Part shown: positions 40,580 to 50,072 of the stretch, in pieces
How positions within the stretch are numbered: position 1 is the first letter of the stretch
How the letters are laid out: each line of letters starts with the position of its first letter
NCBI GenBank assembly: GCA_963822925.1
Contig: CAWGJN010000016.1
Span: 9,802-73,801, forward strand
From: an uncultured Gemmatimonadales bacterium
Lineage (GTDB): Bacteria > Gemmatimonadota > Gemmatimonadetes > Gemmatimonadales > GWC2-71-9
Length of the DNA stretch: 64,000 bases
Direction of reading: 5' to 3'
Notes under the pieces: generated by a model
The model's input: only the letters and a program-made list of their open reading frames with translations
The model's database searches: none
Told to the model about the DNA's origin: nothing
Position numbers and translations under genes: made by a program

Positions 40580-42997
40580 TCAGCGCGACAACGAGTCCAC
40601 CAGTTCCCGCGCCGCTCGCGTCCATCCGTTTTCACTGCCGTACCCGTGATCGAGGGCCGCCACCGCTCGCTCCGCCGCCCTGCGCGCTTCCACCAGTTCG
40701 CGGCTGACGGCAAGGGCCCGCGCCCGCAGCAACTCGGCGCGCCCAACCAGCGCACTCCGTGTAAGCGCGAGGGAGTCAATCGCGGCCGCTGCCCGGGCGA
40801 GCCGAGCGATCGAATCGGCGCCGTGCGGATCGGCGCGAGCCAGCCGCCAGTCTCCAGCCGTCACCAGGGGCAGGACAAAAAGCGCCAGCTTCGGCAGGGT
40901 GTCGCCCTCCAGCTTCGCGAGTTCCTGTTCCAGTAGTCTCGACGCCCCCTCGGCATCACCCTGAGCCCGTCGGACTCGCGCCTGCAGCATGGCCGCGGTG
41001 GCGCGCTGGCCACGCGCCCGTGTTGGCAACTTGCTCACTTGCACGCGCGCATCAGCCAGGCGTCCCTGGTCGAGTCGCAGTTGCGACAGCACCGAGGGGA
41101 GCTGGGCTTCGAAGAGACCGGCCCGCCCGGTGGTGTCGTTCAGCGCCTTGGTGATCCACCATTCGGCCGAGTCGAGCGCGCCCAGCCGGAGGAAGCTGAC
41201 GCCGTAGAGCAGGGACAACCGCGATGCGATCGGTGAGCCCGAACCTCCCTGACGGGTACGCACGTATTCCTGGAGCGAACTGTTCAGCTCGGCCAGTTCA
41301 CCCAGTTCCTCCAGCGACGCCGCGAGGAAGGCGACGACATTGGGCCAGGCGTCGGTGTCACCATAGCCATTCGCTTCCAGCTCGGTGAGGATGTGACGGA
41401 AGTGGGGCACCGCCTCTCGCGTGCGCCCGGAGAGGCGCAGCACCTCGGCGAGCGAATTCTCGACCGAGAGCTGGCGGCCGCCATTCGGCTCCGCCTGCTC
41501 GATGGCCAGCGCCTGTTCCAGCAGCGCCACCCCCTGGTCGGTCTCACCCGACGACTGGAGGAGCTTGCCCTCCGCTTCGAGACAGACGGATTTCACGGAG
41601 AGATCCGAATCAGGATCACGCGCCAGCGCCGCGTTGGCTTCTGCGATATCGGCACGCGCCGAGTCGAGGATGTCCAGCAGCCAGAAATTGATGGCGCGGG
41701 TGCAGTCCGCCAGGGCCAGCGGGGTGCCGAGGTTGGCCTGCTTGGCGACCGCGCGGGCGCGCTCGAGCATGTCGCGCTGAGCCGTGAGATCGCCCACCTC
41801 GAAGTGACGGCCCGACAGGTCCACCATCACCGTGGCGACGAGCCAGGGATCGTTGCGGTATCGCCGGGCCAGCACCTCTTCGGCCTTCGCGATGCGGCCA
41901 CCCATCGAGAGGGACTTGCCGTCGGGGCCGGGCAGATCAGCGGCGAGAATCCCCTGCAGCTCACTGAGCGCCCCCTCGCGCTGGCTGGAACGGATCGCGG
42001 CATTGCGCTGCGTGCGGGCCGCGGTCATCTGCCGAAACGAGAAGATCGCCATGCCGATGAGGGCAGCGGCGACCGCGATACTGACGATGACCAGATCGCG
42101 ATGCCGTCGGAGGAACTTCCTCATCCGGTAGGTGGCGGAATCGGGTCGGGCGCGCACGGGCCGTTGCGCGAGATACCGGCGCAGGTCGTCGGCGAACTCC
42201 GGTGCGGTCTGGTAGCGGTCGCCAGGCGAGCGGCTCAGTGCCTTGAGCAGCACGCTGTCGAGGTCGCCCAACCCGATGCGCGCCGGCTCGATGTCGCTCA
42301 ATGCGGGGATCGAGCCGAGTGCCTGTCCCGGCTCGGCCATCGGGTGGTGCCCCGCCACCAGCAGGTAGACCAATACGCCCACTGAGTAGACGTCGGTCGC
42401 CATGGTGATGGGCCCGCCCAGTACCTGCTCGGGCGCCGCGAAGGCCGGTGTGAAGGCGCGACCGCCGGCGGCAGTGAGCAGGCTGTCAGCTCCTCCCTCG
42501 TCCTGGCCGAGGAGCTTTCCGATCCCGAAGTCCAGCAGCTTGACCGTCCCGTCGGCGGTGACAAGGATGTTGGTCGGCTTGATGTCGCGGTGAACGACAA
42601 AGTTGGTGTGCGCGTGGCTCAGGGCGTCGAGCACCTGCAGCACCAGGCTGAGACGGTCCGGTACCGACAATGTCTTGAGGTCGGCGTACTGGTCGATTGG
42701 TAATCCATCGATGTACTCGATGACGAGGTAAGGCTGGCGGGTGGCAGCCACGCCGGCGTCGAGCAGTCGCGCGATGCCGGGGTGGGTGAGCCGGGCGAGG
42801 AGCGAGCCCTCGCGCCGAAAACGCTCCACGGCGAGTGACTCGACCAGGGCCAGGTTCATCAGCTTGACGGCCACACGCCCCTCGAAGCGACCGTCGGTGC
42901 GGTGGGCGAGCCAGACCGAGCCCATCCCTCCGTGACCGAGGGGACGTTCCAGGGTGTATGCGCCGACTTCCAGGCCGTCGAGCTCGTCGTGAGGCAT
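40580..42997 (-). CDS. Ser/Thr protein kinase with one TM segment and a large TPR-like extracytoplasmic domain
   Basis: Hanks kinase motifs GHGGMGSVWLA, VAVKL, HRDIKPTNIL, DFGIGK, APE. TM segment LVIVSIAVAAALIGMAIFSF. The C-terminal roughly 480 aa are helical repeats. Confidence 0.92.
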   Translation of the reverse strand: MPHDELDGLEVGAYTLERPLGHGGMGSVWLAHRTDGRFEGRVAVKLMNLALVESLAVERFRREGSLLARLTHPGIARLLDAGVAATRQPYLVIEYIDGLPIDQYADLKTLSVPDRLSLVLQVLDALSHAHTNFVVHRDIKPTNILVTADGTVKLLDFGIGKLLGQDEGGADSLLTAAGGRAFTPAFAAPEQVLGGPITMATDVYSVGVLVYLLVAGHHPMAEPGQALGSIPALSDIEPARIGLGDLDSVLLKALSRSPGDRYQTAPEFADDLRRYLAQRPVRARPDSATYRMRKFLRRHRDLVIVSIAVAAALIGMAIFSFRQMTAARTQRNAAIRSSQREGALSELQGILAADLPGPDGKSLSMGGRIAKAEEVLARRYRNDPWLVATVMVDLSGRHFEVGDLTAQRDMLERARAVAKQANLGTPLALADCTRAINFWLLDILDSARADIAEANAALARDPDSDLSVKSVCLEAEGKLLQSSGETDQGVALLEQALAIEQAEPNGGRQLSVENSLAEVLRLSGRTREAVPHFRHILTELEANGYGDTDAWPNVVAFLAASLEELGELAELNSSLQEYVRTRQGGSGSPIASRLSLLYGVSFLRLGALDSAEWWITKALNDTTGRAGLFEAQLPSVLSQLRLDQGRLADARVQVSKLPTRARGQRATAAMLQARVRRAQGDAEGASRLLEQELAKLEGDTLPKLALFVLPLVTAGDWRLARADPHGADSIARLARAAAAIDSLALTRSALVGRAELLRARALAVSRELVEARRAAERAVAALDHGYGSENGWTRAARELVDSLSR

Positions 42998-43025
42998 CAG
43001 ACCTCAGGCACATGAAAGGTCGAAC

Positions 43026-43307
43026 GTGAAAACTAGCCGGCATGGCACGGTCCGGACTCTTCTCCCGGTCCTGATGCTCGCCGTTGTCGCACCCGCACCG
43101 CCTCGCAAGGCAGTGCCGGGTGAGGGGTTCGATGTCACGCGCTGCGACGAGGTGTTCTGGCGGGGACTGCGGAGCTACACCGTGGAGCAAGCCGGCGGCG
43201 TGGTGACGAGCGCCGAGCTGACGCACGCCATGGAGACGGCGAGCGGCAAGGACCTTTCGGCCGCGTTCACGAAGTGGGTCCATGGCCCTGCGCCCGAGGA
43301 CGTGTGA
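43026..43307 (+). CDS. 93-aa ORF with a signal-like N-terminus joined to a segment resembling the post-catalytic part of M1 aminopeptidases (possible gene remnant)
   Basis: LLPVLMLAVVAPAPP is followed by FWRGLRSYTVEQAGGVVTSAELTHAMETASGKDLSAAFTKWVHGP, which resembles the M1 family segment F..gl..Y......n.t..dl..a.e..sG.dl..ff..W. No HExxH catalytic region is present. Confidence 0.45.
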   Translation: MKTSRHGTVRTLLPVLMLAVVAPAPPRKAVPGEGFDVTRCDEVFWRGLRSYTVEQAGGVVTSAELTHAMETASGKDLSAAFTKWVHGPAPEDV

Positions 43308-43313
43308 GGTGAG

Positions 43314-43838
43314 ATGCCCATAGCCGCCGGACCTCAACGCCCCTGGGACTATCCGCGGCTGATCCTGACGGGCGTACTGGCGTTGTACGGCTGGTTCCTG
43401 GCCACGCACCCGGGTCACTTCGGCTTCATCGACAACATCGACCTCGCCATCCACGAAACGGGCCATCTGGTCTTCGCCCCGTTCGGCGAGTTCATGGGCG
43501 TTCTCGGCGGGACCCTCTTCCAGCTCCTCGTCCCGCTCACCTTCGCCGGCTACTTCGCGGTGCAGCGCGACTGGCACGCGGCCACGGTGCCGCTCTGGTG
43601 GGCGGGGCAGAACTGCTGGAACATCGCGCGCTATATAAGCGATGCACGGGCGCAGGACCTGCCGCTGGTGGGCGGCGGCGAGCACGACTGGCTCTGGATA
43701 CTGGATGAACTCGACGTGCTGCACCGGGACCTCGCGATCGGTCGCGCGGTGCATGGGGTGGGGATCCTGCTCTACCTGGTGAGCGTGATCGTCGGGGTGA
43801 TCCTCGCCCGCAAGGCGTCAGCGCCGCCCGAGGCCTAG
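43314..43838 (+). CDS. membrane protein with an HExxH motif (zincin-like, uncharacterised)
   Basis: GAGGTGAG RBS lies before the ATG. 174 aa with 4-5 hydrophobic segments and AIHETGHLVF. Confidence 0.65.
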   Translation: MPIAAGPQRPWDYPRLILTGVLALYGWFLATHPGHFGFIDNIDLAIHETGHLVFAPFGEFMGVLGGTLFQLLVPLTFAGYFAVQRDWHAATVPLWWAGQNCWNIARYISDARAQDLPLVGGGEHDWLWILDELDVLHRDLAIGRAVHGVGILLYLVSVIVGVILARKASAPPEA

Positions 43839-44038
43839 GCGACGACGTCGGTGTCCTGCTGGCCGGTGTTCCGCCGCTTCACGCTCGACCAGGAAAGCCC
43901 GAGCCCAAGGATCCAGGCAACGGAAATCAAGGTGAGGTGCGCGATCGCGGTGCTGCGGCCCGGCGTGAAGATGTGCCAGTAGCTGAGCGCCCAGAAAAAC
44001 GTCGCGAAGAGGGCGAGAATGAAGATCGCGCTGGTCAT
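43835..44038 (-). CDS. small two-TM membrane protein
   Basis: Internal ATG at 44038 gives a 67-aa product MTSAIFILALFATFFWALSYW...LISVAWILGLGLSW. It lies directly downstream of ptsN on the same strand. Confidence 0.45.
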   Translation of the reverse strand: MTSAIFILALFATFFWALSYWHIFTPGRSTAIAHLTLISVAWILGLGLSWSSVKRRNTGQQDTDVVA

Positions 44039-44060
44039 TGCGTTACTCCCATGACCGGGT

Positions 44061-44513
44061 TCACCCGCCCCTCGCCTCGAGCAGTGCGAAGAAATCCGCT
44101 GGCGTCGTGATCGCTGCCAGCCGCTCGGGGATGTCCGCATCCTTGGCGAACTGGGCGATGCGACCCAGAACCGGGAGGTACTGGTTCGACACTTCGAGCG
44201 GCGGGGCGACGATCAGGAAGAGATAGTGCACCGGCCGCCGGTCGATCGCGTCCCACTCCACCCCGGACGTGTGCCGGCCGAAGGCCACCCGCAGGCGGTT
44301 CGATACCAGGGTGCGACAGTGGGGAATGGCAATCCCGCGGCCGACACCGGTGGAACCGAGTTGCTCGCGGCGGCGAAGGATGCGCAGCAGCGTCGCGGTG
44401 GCCCGGTCGTCTGCGTGAAGCAGCAGCGCCATCTCCTCGAGAACGTCGTCCTTCGACGTCCCGGCGAGGTCGAGTCGCACTGCATCGTCGCTGATGAAGT
44501 TTCGCAGCAGCAT
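44061..44513 (-). CDS. ptsN: PTS EIIA(Ntr)-type nitrogen regulatory protein
   Basis: 150 aa with REQLGSTGVGRGIAIPHCR (phospho-His loop) and VHYLFLIVAP. Confidence 0.88.
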   Translation of the reverse strand: MLLRNFISDDAVRLDLAGTSKDDVLEEMALLLHADDRATATLLRILRRREQLGSTGVGRGIAIPHCRTLVSNRLRVAFGRHTSGVEWDAIDRRPVHYLFLIVAPPLEVSNQYLPVLGRIAQFAKDADIPERLAAITTPADFFALLEARGG

Positions 44514-44605
44514 GGGCCGCCAAGATAATCCGAGTGGGCCGCCCGCCGTAACCCTCCCAACCGACGGGCTGGCGGCCGACGATGATCGCCAAGTATTTTC
44601 CGCGC

Positions 44606-45589
44606 ATGCGTTTGCCCTATCCATCCGCGCACGAGTTCGCGCTGATCCTGGCGCCCATGGCCGGCGTCTCGGAGGCGCCGTTCCGGCAGGTGTGCCGGGC
44701 GGCGGGTGCCGACGTGGTGATCTCCGAATTCCTCTCGTCCGAGGCGATCCGGCGGCGTATCCGCGCTACGCTCGAGGGCGCGGAGTTCGAGGAACACGAG
44801 CGACCGATCGGCATCCAGATCTACGGGTCCGATCCCGGCGCCATGGCCGAGGCGGCGGCGCTGGTCACGGAGCACTACGCCCCCGAGTTCATCGACATCA
44901 ACTTCGGCTGCCCGGTCAAGAAGGTGGTGCAGCGCAACGGCGGGTCCGGCTGCCTGCGCGAACCCGAGCTCGTCACCAGGATCATCCGTGCCGTCATCGG
45001 AGCCACCCACCTTCCGGTGACGGTGAAGACGCGCAGCGGATGGGACGAGGAAAGCCGGGATCCAGTGACGATCGCACTCCGCATGCAGGACGCCGGCGCG
45101 CGTGCGTTCACCTTGCACGCACGGACCCGCACGCAGATGTTCAGCGGACGGGCCAGCTGGGACGAGATTGCGCGCGTCGTCGAGGCCCTCGATATCCCGG
45201 TGATCGGAAACGGCGATGTGCTGCATGCGGCGGACGTGGTGAAGATGAAGGCCCATACCGGCTGCGCGGGCGTGATGGTGGGCCGCGGCGCCTTCGGCAA
45301 TCCCTGGCTCTTCCGGGATGCGCAGGCCCTTCTGGCAGGACAGCCCCTTCCTGCCCCTCCCGATGCCGCCGAACGCTTCAGGGTCGCGCTGGCGCACGCC
45401 AGGCTGGCGATCCGGCTCCAGGGCGACACGCGCAAGACGGTGATGGAGTTCCGCAAGCACCTCGGGTGGTATACCAAGGGCCTGCACGGCGCGAGCGACT
45501 TGCGGCAGCGCCTCTTCCAGGTGGAGTCGATCGCGGAGGCAGAGTCGATCTTCGTGTCGTACCTCCAGCCGCTAGAGCAGGTGGCGTGA
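44606..45589 (+). CDS. dusB: tRNA-dihydrouridine synthase
   Basis: LILAPMAGVSEAPFR, DINFGCP..KV, VTVK.R.GWD, HARTR.Q...G.A.W. The start could be 44582. Confidence 0.9.
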   Translation: MRLPYPSAHEFALILAPMAGVSEAPFRQVCRAAGADVVISEFLSSEAIRRRIRATLEGAEFEEHERPIGIQIYGSDPGAMAEAAALVTEHYAPEFIDINFGCPVKKVVQRNGGSGCLREPELVTRIIRAVIGATHLPVTVKTRSGWDEESRDPVTIALRMQDAGARAFTLHARTRTQMFSGRASWDEIARVVEALDIPVIGNGDVLHAADVVKMKAHTGCAGVMVGRGAFGNPWLFRDAQALLAGQPLPAPPDAAERFRVALAHARLAIRLQGDTRKTVMEFRKHLGWYTKGLHGASDLRQRLFQVESIAEAESIFVSYLQPLEQVA

Positions 45590-45614
45590 GCGGCGCCTTC
45601 TGGCGCACGCCCGG

Positions 45615-46538
45615 ATGATCCGCACCGTCATCGACGGCACCCAGGGACTGACCTGGGTCGACGTGGTCGAACCGACGTCCCGAGAACTGGCGGAGGTGGC
45701 ACAGCGTTACGGCCTGCATCCCACTTCTGTGCGCGACTGTCTCGATCCCGAGCACCTCCCCAAGTTCGAGAAGTTTCCCAATCGCATCTTCATCATCATC
45801 CGCGTCTATGACACCGAATCGGCACGAGACTGCGCTACCGTCCACGAGATGACGCGGAAGGTGGCGATTTTCTCGGGACCCGATTTCGTGATCTCGATTC
45901 ACCGGAAGCCACTTCCGTTCCTCACCGCGCTGCAGGAGCAGTGGGAGGTGGCGGAGTCCGGCGAGGCGACCGGCGAGCCGCCGACTCACCGGCTGATCCT
46001 GGATATCATCGATCGTGGCCTGGCAACGTTCGAGCCTCCGCTGGAGCGCATCGAGGAGGGACTCGACGAGGTTGAAGCGGCGCTCTTCCAGAACCGGCAC
46101 GAGGCGCACGACCTGCTCGACCTGTATGTGCTCCGCCGGCGCACGACCCTGAGCAAGCGAATGCTGTGGCGCAGCCTGGAGGTGCTGAAGATATTCTCGC
46201 CCCCGGTCGATGCATCGCAGCCGCATTACCAGGATGTGCGGGAAGCGGTCGAAGCGATGCACTTCTACGCCGACGACCTGCTGGAAGAGGTCACGAACCT
46301 CACCAACCTCCAGCTCTCCCTGGCCTCGCAGAAGACCAGCCAGGTCATGCGCATCCTCACGGTCTTCTCGGCCTTCTTCCTCCCCCTCACGTTCCTCGTG
46401 GGAGTTTACGGAATGAACTTCCAGTTCATGCCCGAACTCTCGCAGCGCTGGGGCTACCCCGCGGTCTGGGCGGTGATGGTTATCATCACGGTCAGCATCT
46501 ACACGTGGTTCCGGAAGCGGGGCTGGCTCAAGCCGTGA
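45615..46538 (+). CDS. corA: CorA family Mg2+/Co2+ transporter
   Basis: C-terminal TM pair with the YGMNF motif (FLVGVYGMNFQFMPEL). Confidence 0.92.
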   Translation: MIRTVIDGTQGLTWVDVVEPTSRELAEVAQRYGLHPTSVRDCLDPEHLPKFEKFPNRIFIIIRVYDTESARDCATVHEMTRKVAIFSGPDFVISIHRKPLPFLTALQEQWEVAESGEATGEPPTHRLILDIIDRGLATFEPPLERIEEGLDEVEAALFQNRHEAHDLLDLYVLRRRTTLSKRMLWRSLEVLKIFSPPVDASQPHYQDVREAVEAMHFYADDLLEEVTNLTNLQLSLASQKTSQVMRILTVFSAFFLPLTFLVGVYGMNFQFMPELSQRWGYPAVWAVMVIITVSIYTWFRKRGWLKP

Positions 46539-47953
46539 TCGCCATCCTGCTCGGGGTTCTGGCGGGCGTCGTGATCGGCTGGTACGTGCGTGCCGGCCGC
46601 TCGGCCCCCGAGTCCGAACTGGCCGACGCCGTGGGGCCGCACCTGCTTCCCGATCCCGCCCTCGAGTGGCTGCGCGCGTCACTGGGTGCCATGGCCATCT
46701 GGGCGGTCGAGGCGGAACGGGGAGACCTGCCGCGCGAACTGACCCGCCGGCTCTCCGTGCCTCCGCCATCGGGTGACGACCTCTTCACCGCCGAAGTGCG
46801 GCTCGACCGGGCGCGAACCGAGGAACGCCCGCTGGTGGAGCGCCTCGAGGCCGGTGTTCTCGTGGTGCGAAGCGCGGCTGGTTTTGCCACGGCGGCCCTG
46901 ATGCCGCCCGGAACACCGTCGCACGCCGTGGCCCAGCTGGAGGACGAGCTCGACCGCCTGCTCGAGGGGCTCAAGCGCCGGCCGCGGGTGACCACGCTAG
47001 CCCCGGCGGATGCGCGCGACGCGAGCATCGAGTCGATCGAGAGCGTGGGTCGGCATCTGGCGCTGCTGCTCGAGAAGCTCACCGGCGCCGACGTGATCGT
47101 CGCGATCCGGATCCGTGATGAGCTCACGATCATGGGCCTCGCCGGCGAGGCTGACGACCGGCTCCTCGGCACCGTGGCGCCGCACGACAGTCCGCTCGCC
47201 ACCATGCTCCGCGCCGGCGGTTCCTTCGAGGAAACGGACGAACCGCCACTGGGGGTGGCCTCGGGTGACCGGCGACGGCCGCTCGGTCCCGCCATCCTCA
47301 TCCCTATGGAAGTCTCGGGCGAGCGCATCGGCGTCGTGGCGATCTGGCCCTCCGGCCGACAGAACTTCCCGCACCAGATCCAGCAGCGGGTGCGCGACTT
47401 GATCCGCCGCGCCGCGCCCCATGCCTGGCGCGCCCGCGAATACCGGCTCCGTGAAGAAGAGGCTACGCGGGACCGCCTCACGGGACTGGCGAATCGGCGC
47501 GCGCTTGAGGGGGCCATGCACCGCGTGGGCCTGCTCCGCGGGGCATACGTCCTGAGCGACGTGGATCGCTTCAAGGTCCTCAATGACACCCTGGGGCACG
47601 CCGCCGGCGATGCCGCCTTGCTGCACGTCGCCGGGCTGCTCCGGCGCCAGCTCAGGGGACGCGACCTGGCGGCCCGCATCGGTGGCGAGGAGTTCGTGCT
47701 CTGGTTGCCCGATGTGAGCTACGGCGAGGCCCTCGCGGTGGCCGAGCGAGTGCGGGACGCGCTCGAGACGTCGGAGTGGAACTGGAAGGGCACGCCGTGG
47801 CTCCTCACGGCATCCTTCGGCGTGGCCCACTGGCCGGAGACGAGCCGCCACGTGGACAACCTCTTTGCCCAGGCGGACGCGTCGCTCTATGACGCCAAAC
47901 GGCGGGGACGGAACCGGGTCACCGGATCGCGATCGGAACAGATCCACCGCTGA
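46535..47953 (+). CDS. membrane-anchored diguanylate cyclase (N-terminal TM, GAF-like region, GGDEF domain)
   Basis: GTGA overlap with the corA stop. Contains RDRLTGLANRRA, DVDRFKVLNDTLGHAAGD, RGRDLAARIGGEEF (GGEEF active site with an RxxD I-site 5 residues upstream), SFGVA and ADASLYDAKRRGRN. Confidence 0.88.
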   Translation: MIAILLGVLAGVVIGWYVRAGRSAPESELADAVGPHLLPDPALEWLRASLGAMAIWAVEAERGDLPRELTRRLSVPPPSGDDLFTAEVRLDRARTEERPLVERLEAGVLVVRSAAGFATAALMPPGTPSHAVAQLEDELDRLLEGLKRRPRVTTLAPADARDASIESIESVGRHLALLLEKLTGADVIVAIRIRDELTIMGLAGEADDRLLGTVAPHDSPLATMLRAGGSFEETDEPPLGVASGDRRRPLGPAILIPMEVSGERIGVVAIWPSGRQNFPHQIQQRVRDLIRRAAPHAWRAREYRLREEEATRDRLTGLANRRALEGAMHRVGLLRGAYVLSDVDRFKVLNDTLGHAAGDAALLHVAGLLRRQLRGRDLAARIGGEEFVLWLPDVSYGEALAVAERVRDALETSEWNWKGTPWLLTASFGVAHWPETSRHVDNLFAQADASLYDAKRRGRNRVTGSRSEQIHR

Positions 47954-48006
47954 CCTCTCGCGCGCAACGGCAGACTGGCCTATAATGGACCGTATCGTCT
48001 CGCAAC

Positions 48007-48738
48007 GTGGCGTCGCCTATTTCTAACGGGACAGATTCGACTGACACATCACCGCCAGCTCCCCGCCGGCGGGGACGGCCCCGCAACGAAGGGTTGCGGC
48101 GCACGATTCTGCGTGCGGCTGCCTCGCTGCTGGAAGAGCGTGGCGTCGATGGTGTCACCATCGAGGCGATCGCCGAGCGCGCGGGCGTGGGCAAGCAGAC
48201 GATCTACCGCCGATGGTCATCCCGTGCCGCCGTTCTCGTCGAGGCGTTCCTTTCGCAGGACGATGTCACGGCCCCCATTCCTGACGGCGGCTCCCTCCGG
48301 CGCGACCTCGCGACGTTTGCCGGCGTGGTATCCGCCTCGGCGAGCGACGAGTCACTGCGTCGGAGTGTGGCGGGACTCGTGGCGGCGAGCCATGCCGATC
48401 CGGAGGTCGGGCGCCTCTTCCGCGAGCGGTTCGTGGCGCCGGCGCGGGCCGCCGTGCGGGAGCTCCTCGAGCGCGGCGTGGGACGGGGAGAGGTGCATCC
48501 CGACGTCGACCTCGAGGTGGTCATCGATGAACTGCTCGGCGCCATCTGGTACCGCGCGCTCATCTCGGGGGGGCGGCTCGACCACACCTACGCCGAGAGT
48601 CTGGCGGCGGCCGTGGGGCAGGGGATCTCGTCGCGCGACCGTGCCACCGACCCGCGGAAGCGCGCCGGGCGTCCGGGCATGGTGGCCGAGCCGACTATCG
48701 ACCTCTTCGGTGGCGACGAGCCGCTCGACGCGCCCTAG
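48007..48738 (+). CDS. TetR/AcrR family transcriptional regulator
   Basis: The N-terminal HTH reads GVDGVTIEAIAERAGVGKQTIYRRWSSRAAVLVEAF. Confidence 0.9.
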   Translation: MASPISNGTDSTDTSPPAPRRRGRPRNEGLRRTILRAAASLLEERGVDGVTIEAIAERAGVGKQTIYRRWSSRAAVLVEAFLSQDDVTAPIPDGGSLRRDLATFAGVVSASASDESLRRSVAGLVAASHADPEVGRLFRERFVAPARAAVRELLERGVGRGEVHPDVDLEVVIDELLGAIWYRALISGGRLDHTYAESLAAAVGQGISSRDRATDPRKRAGRPGMVAEPTIDLFGGDEPLDAP

Positions 48739-50060
48739 TGAGTGACGCGAAGGGCGGGAGCGGCGCCGGGGATGCCATCGGCCTCCTTGGCGCGTTGTCC
48801 ATCGGCATTGGTGGCATCGTGGGTGGCGGCATCTTCGCCACGCTCGGGCTCGCGGTGTCAGACGCGCGCGGCTCGGCATGGCTGTCGTTCCTCGTGGCCG
48901 GCGTCGTCGCCCTCCTCACCGCGTACTCCTACAGCAAGCTCTCGATTGCCTTCCCGAGCACGGGCGGCACCATCGCCTTCCTGAACCGCGGATTCGGTAC
49001 CGGCTTCCTGAGCGAGCGCCTGAGCACGCTCCTGGTGTTGAGCTACATCGTCATCATGGCGCTCTACGCCAGCGCCTTCGCGACGTATGCCGCCCTGCTG
49101 CTGCCCGGCGGCTCGTCGCACCTGCAGCCGTGGCTCGCCGCGGGGGTGCTGATCCTGCTGGGCGTCGCGAATGGAGTGCTCCCGGCGGCGATGGACCGCT
49201 GGGAAGGGGCGCTCAACGTGGGGAAGCTGGTCGTGCTGGGCAGCTTCATCGTGCTGGGATTCTTCAGCGGCGGGCTGTCGCTCGAGCGGCTGGGACCTGC
49301 GAGCTGGGTCGGGCCGGTGGACATCTTCGTCACCGGGATGCTGATCTTCCTGAGTTACGAGGGTTTCGAGCTGATCGCGAACGCGTCACCCAGGGTGACG
49401 AACCGGGCGAAGACACTGCCGGTGGCGTTCTACGGCAGCGTGGCAGTGGCGATGCTGCTCTACATCTCGATCGTGGTCGTCTCGGTGGGACACCTGCCGT
49501 TCGAGCAGCTCGAAGCGCAGAAAGACCACGCGATCTCGGCGGTGGCCGAGACGTTCATGGGCCGCTTCGGCTTCGGCTTCATGGCGGTCGGAGCGGTGGT
49601 GGCGGCGGTATCCGCGATCAATGCGGACATCTTCGGCTCCACGCGGCTCATGGGAATGCTGTCGGAGGAGGGACCGCACCGGTGGAAGCGGGTGGGGACG
49701 GTGTTCGGCGGGCACCCGTGGAAGCTGGTGCTACTCACTGGCGCAGGGGTGATCGCCACCACCACGATGAACCTGCATGCGCTGTCGGCGGTGTCGAGCG
49801 CGGGGTTCCTGATGGTGTTCGCGGCGGTGAATGCGGCAAACGCGCGACTCGCCATGGAAACGAAGAGCACGCGCTGGGTGTCGCTGGTGGGCGCCATGAC
49901 CTGCCTCGCCGCCCTGGGGGCGATGCTGGTGCAGCTCGGCGGGCGGGCCGCCCACCGCCACGAAGCGTTCATCATCGTGGGGATGGCGCTGCTGCCGTTC
50001 CTCCTCCGGCCGCTTGACGCCGCCGTACGCTCGGCGGCATCGAAGCTTCGCTCCAGGTAG
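48738..50060 (+). CDS. APC superfamily amino acid/polyamine permease
   Basis: 440 aa with about 12 hydrophobic segments and N-terminal GALSIGIGGIVGGGIFATLG. The start overlaps the TetR stop by 1 nt. Confidence 0.88.
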   Translation: MSDAKGGSGAGDAIGLLGALSIGIGGIVGGGIFATLGLAVSDARGSAWLSFLVAGVVALLTAYSYSKLSIAFPSTGGTIAFLNRGFGTGFLSERLSTLLVLSYIVIMALYASAFATYAALLLPGGSSHLQPWLAAGVLILLGVANGVLPAAMDRWEGALNVGKLVVLGSFIVLGFFSGGLSLERLGPASWVGPVDIFVTGMLIFLSYEGFELIANASPRVTNRAKTLPVAFYGSVAVAMLLYISIVVVSVGHLPFEQLEAQKDHAISAVAETFMGRFGFGFMAVGAVVAAVSAINADIFGSTRLMGMLSEEGPHRWKRVGTVFGGHPWKLVLLTGAGVIATTTMNLHALSAVSSAGFLMVFAAVNAANARLAMETKSTRWVSLVGAMTCLAALGAMLVQLGGRAAHRHEAFIIVGMALLPFLLRPLDAAVRSAASKLRSR

Positions 50061-50072
50061 GCGCCGCCAGCC

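Noticed and set aside
47954-48006. TATAAT hexamer (about 47983) and a duplicated CGCAACG motif upstream of the TetR gene, as promoter and operator.
   Set aside because: I found no convincing -35 element at proper spacing. The hexamer is only about 20 nt from the GTG start, and the repeat is short. The evidence is too weak to call as a feature.
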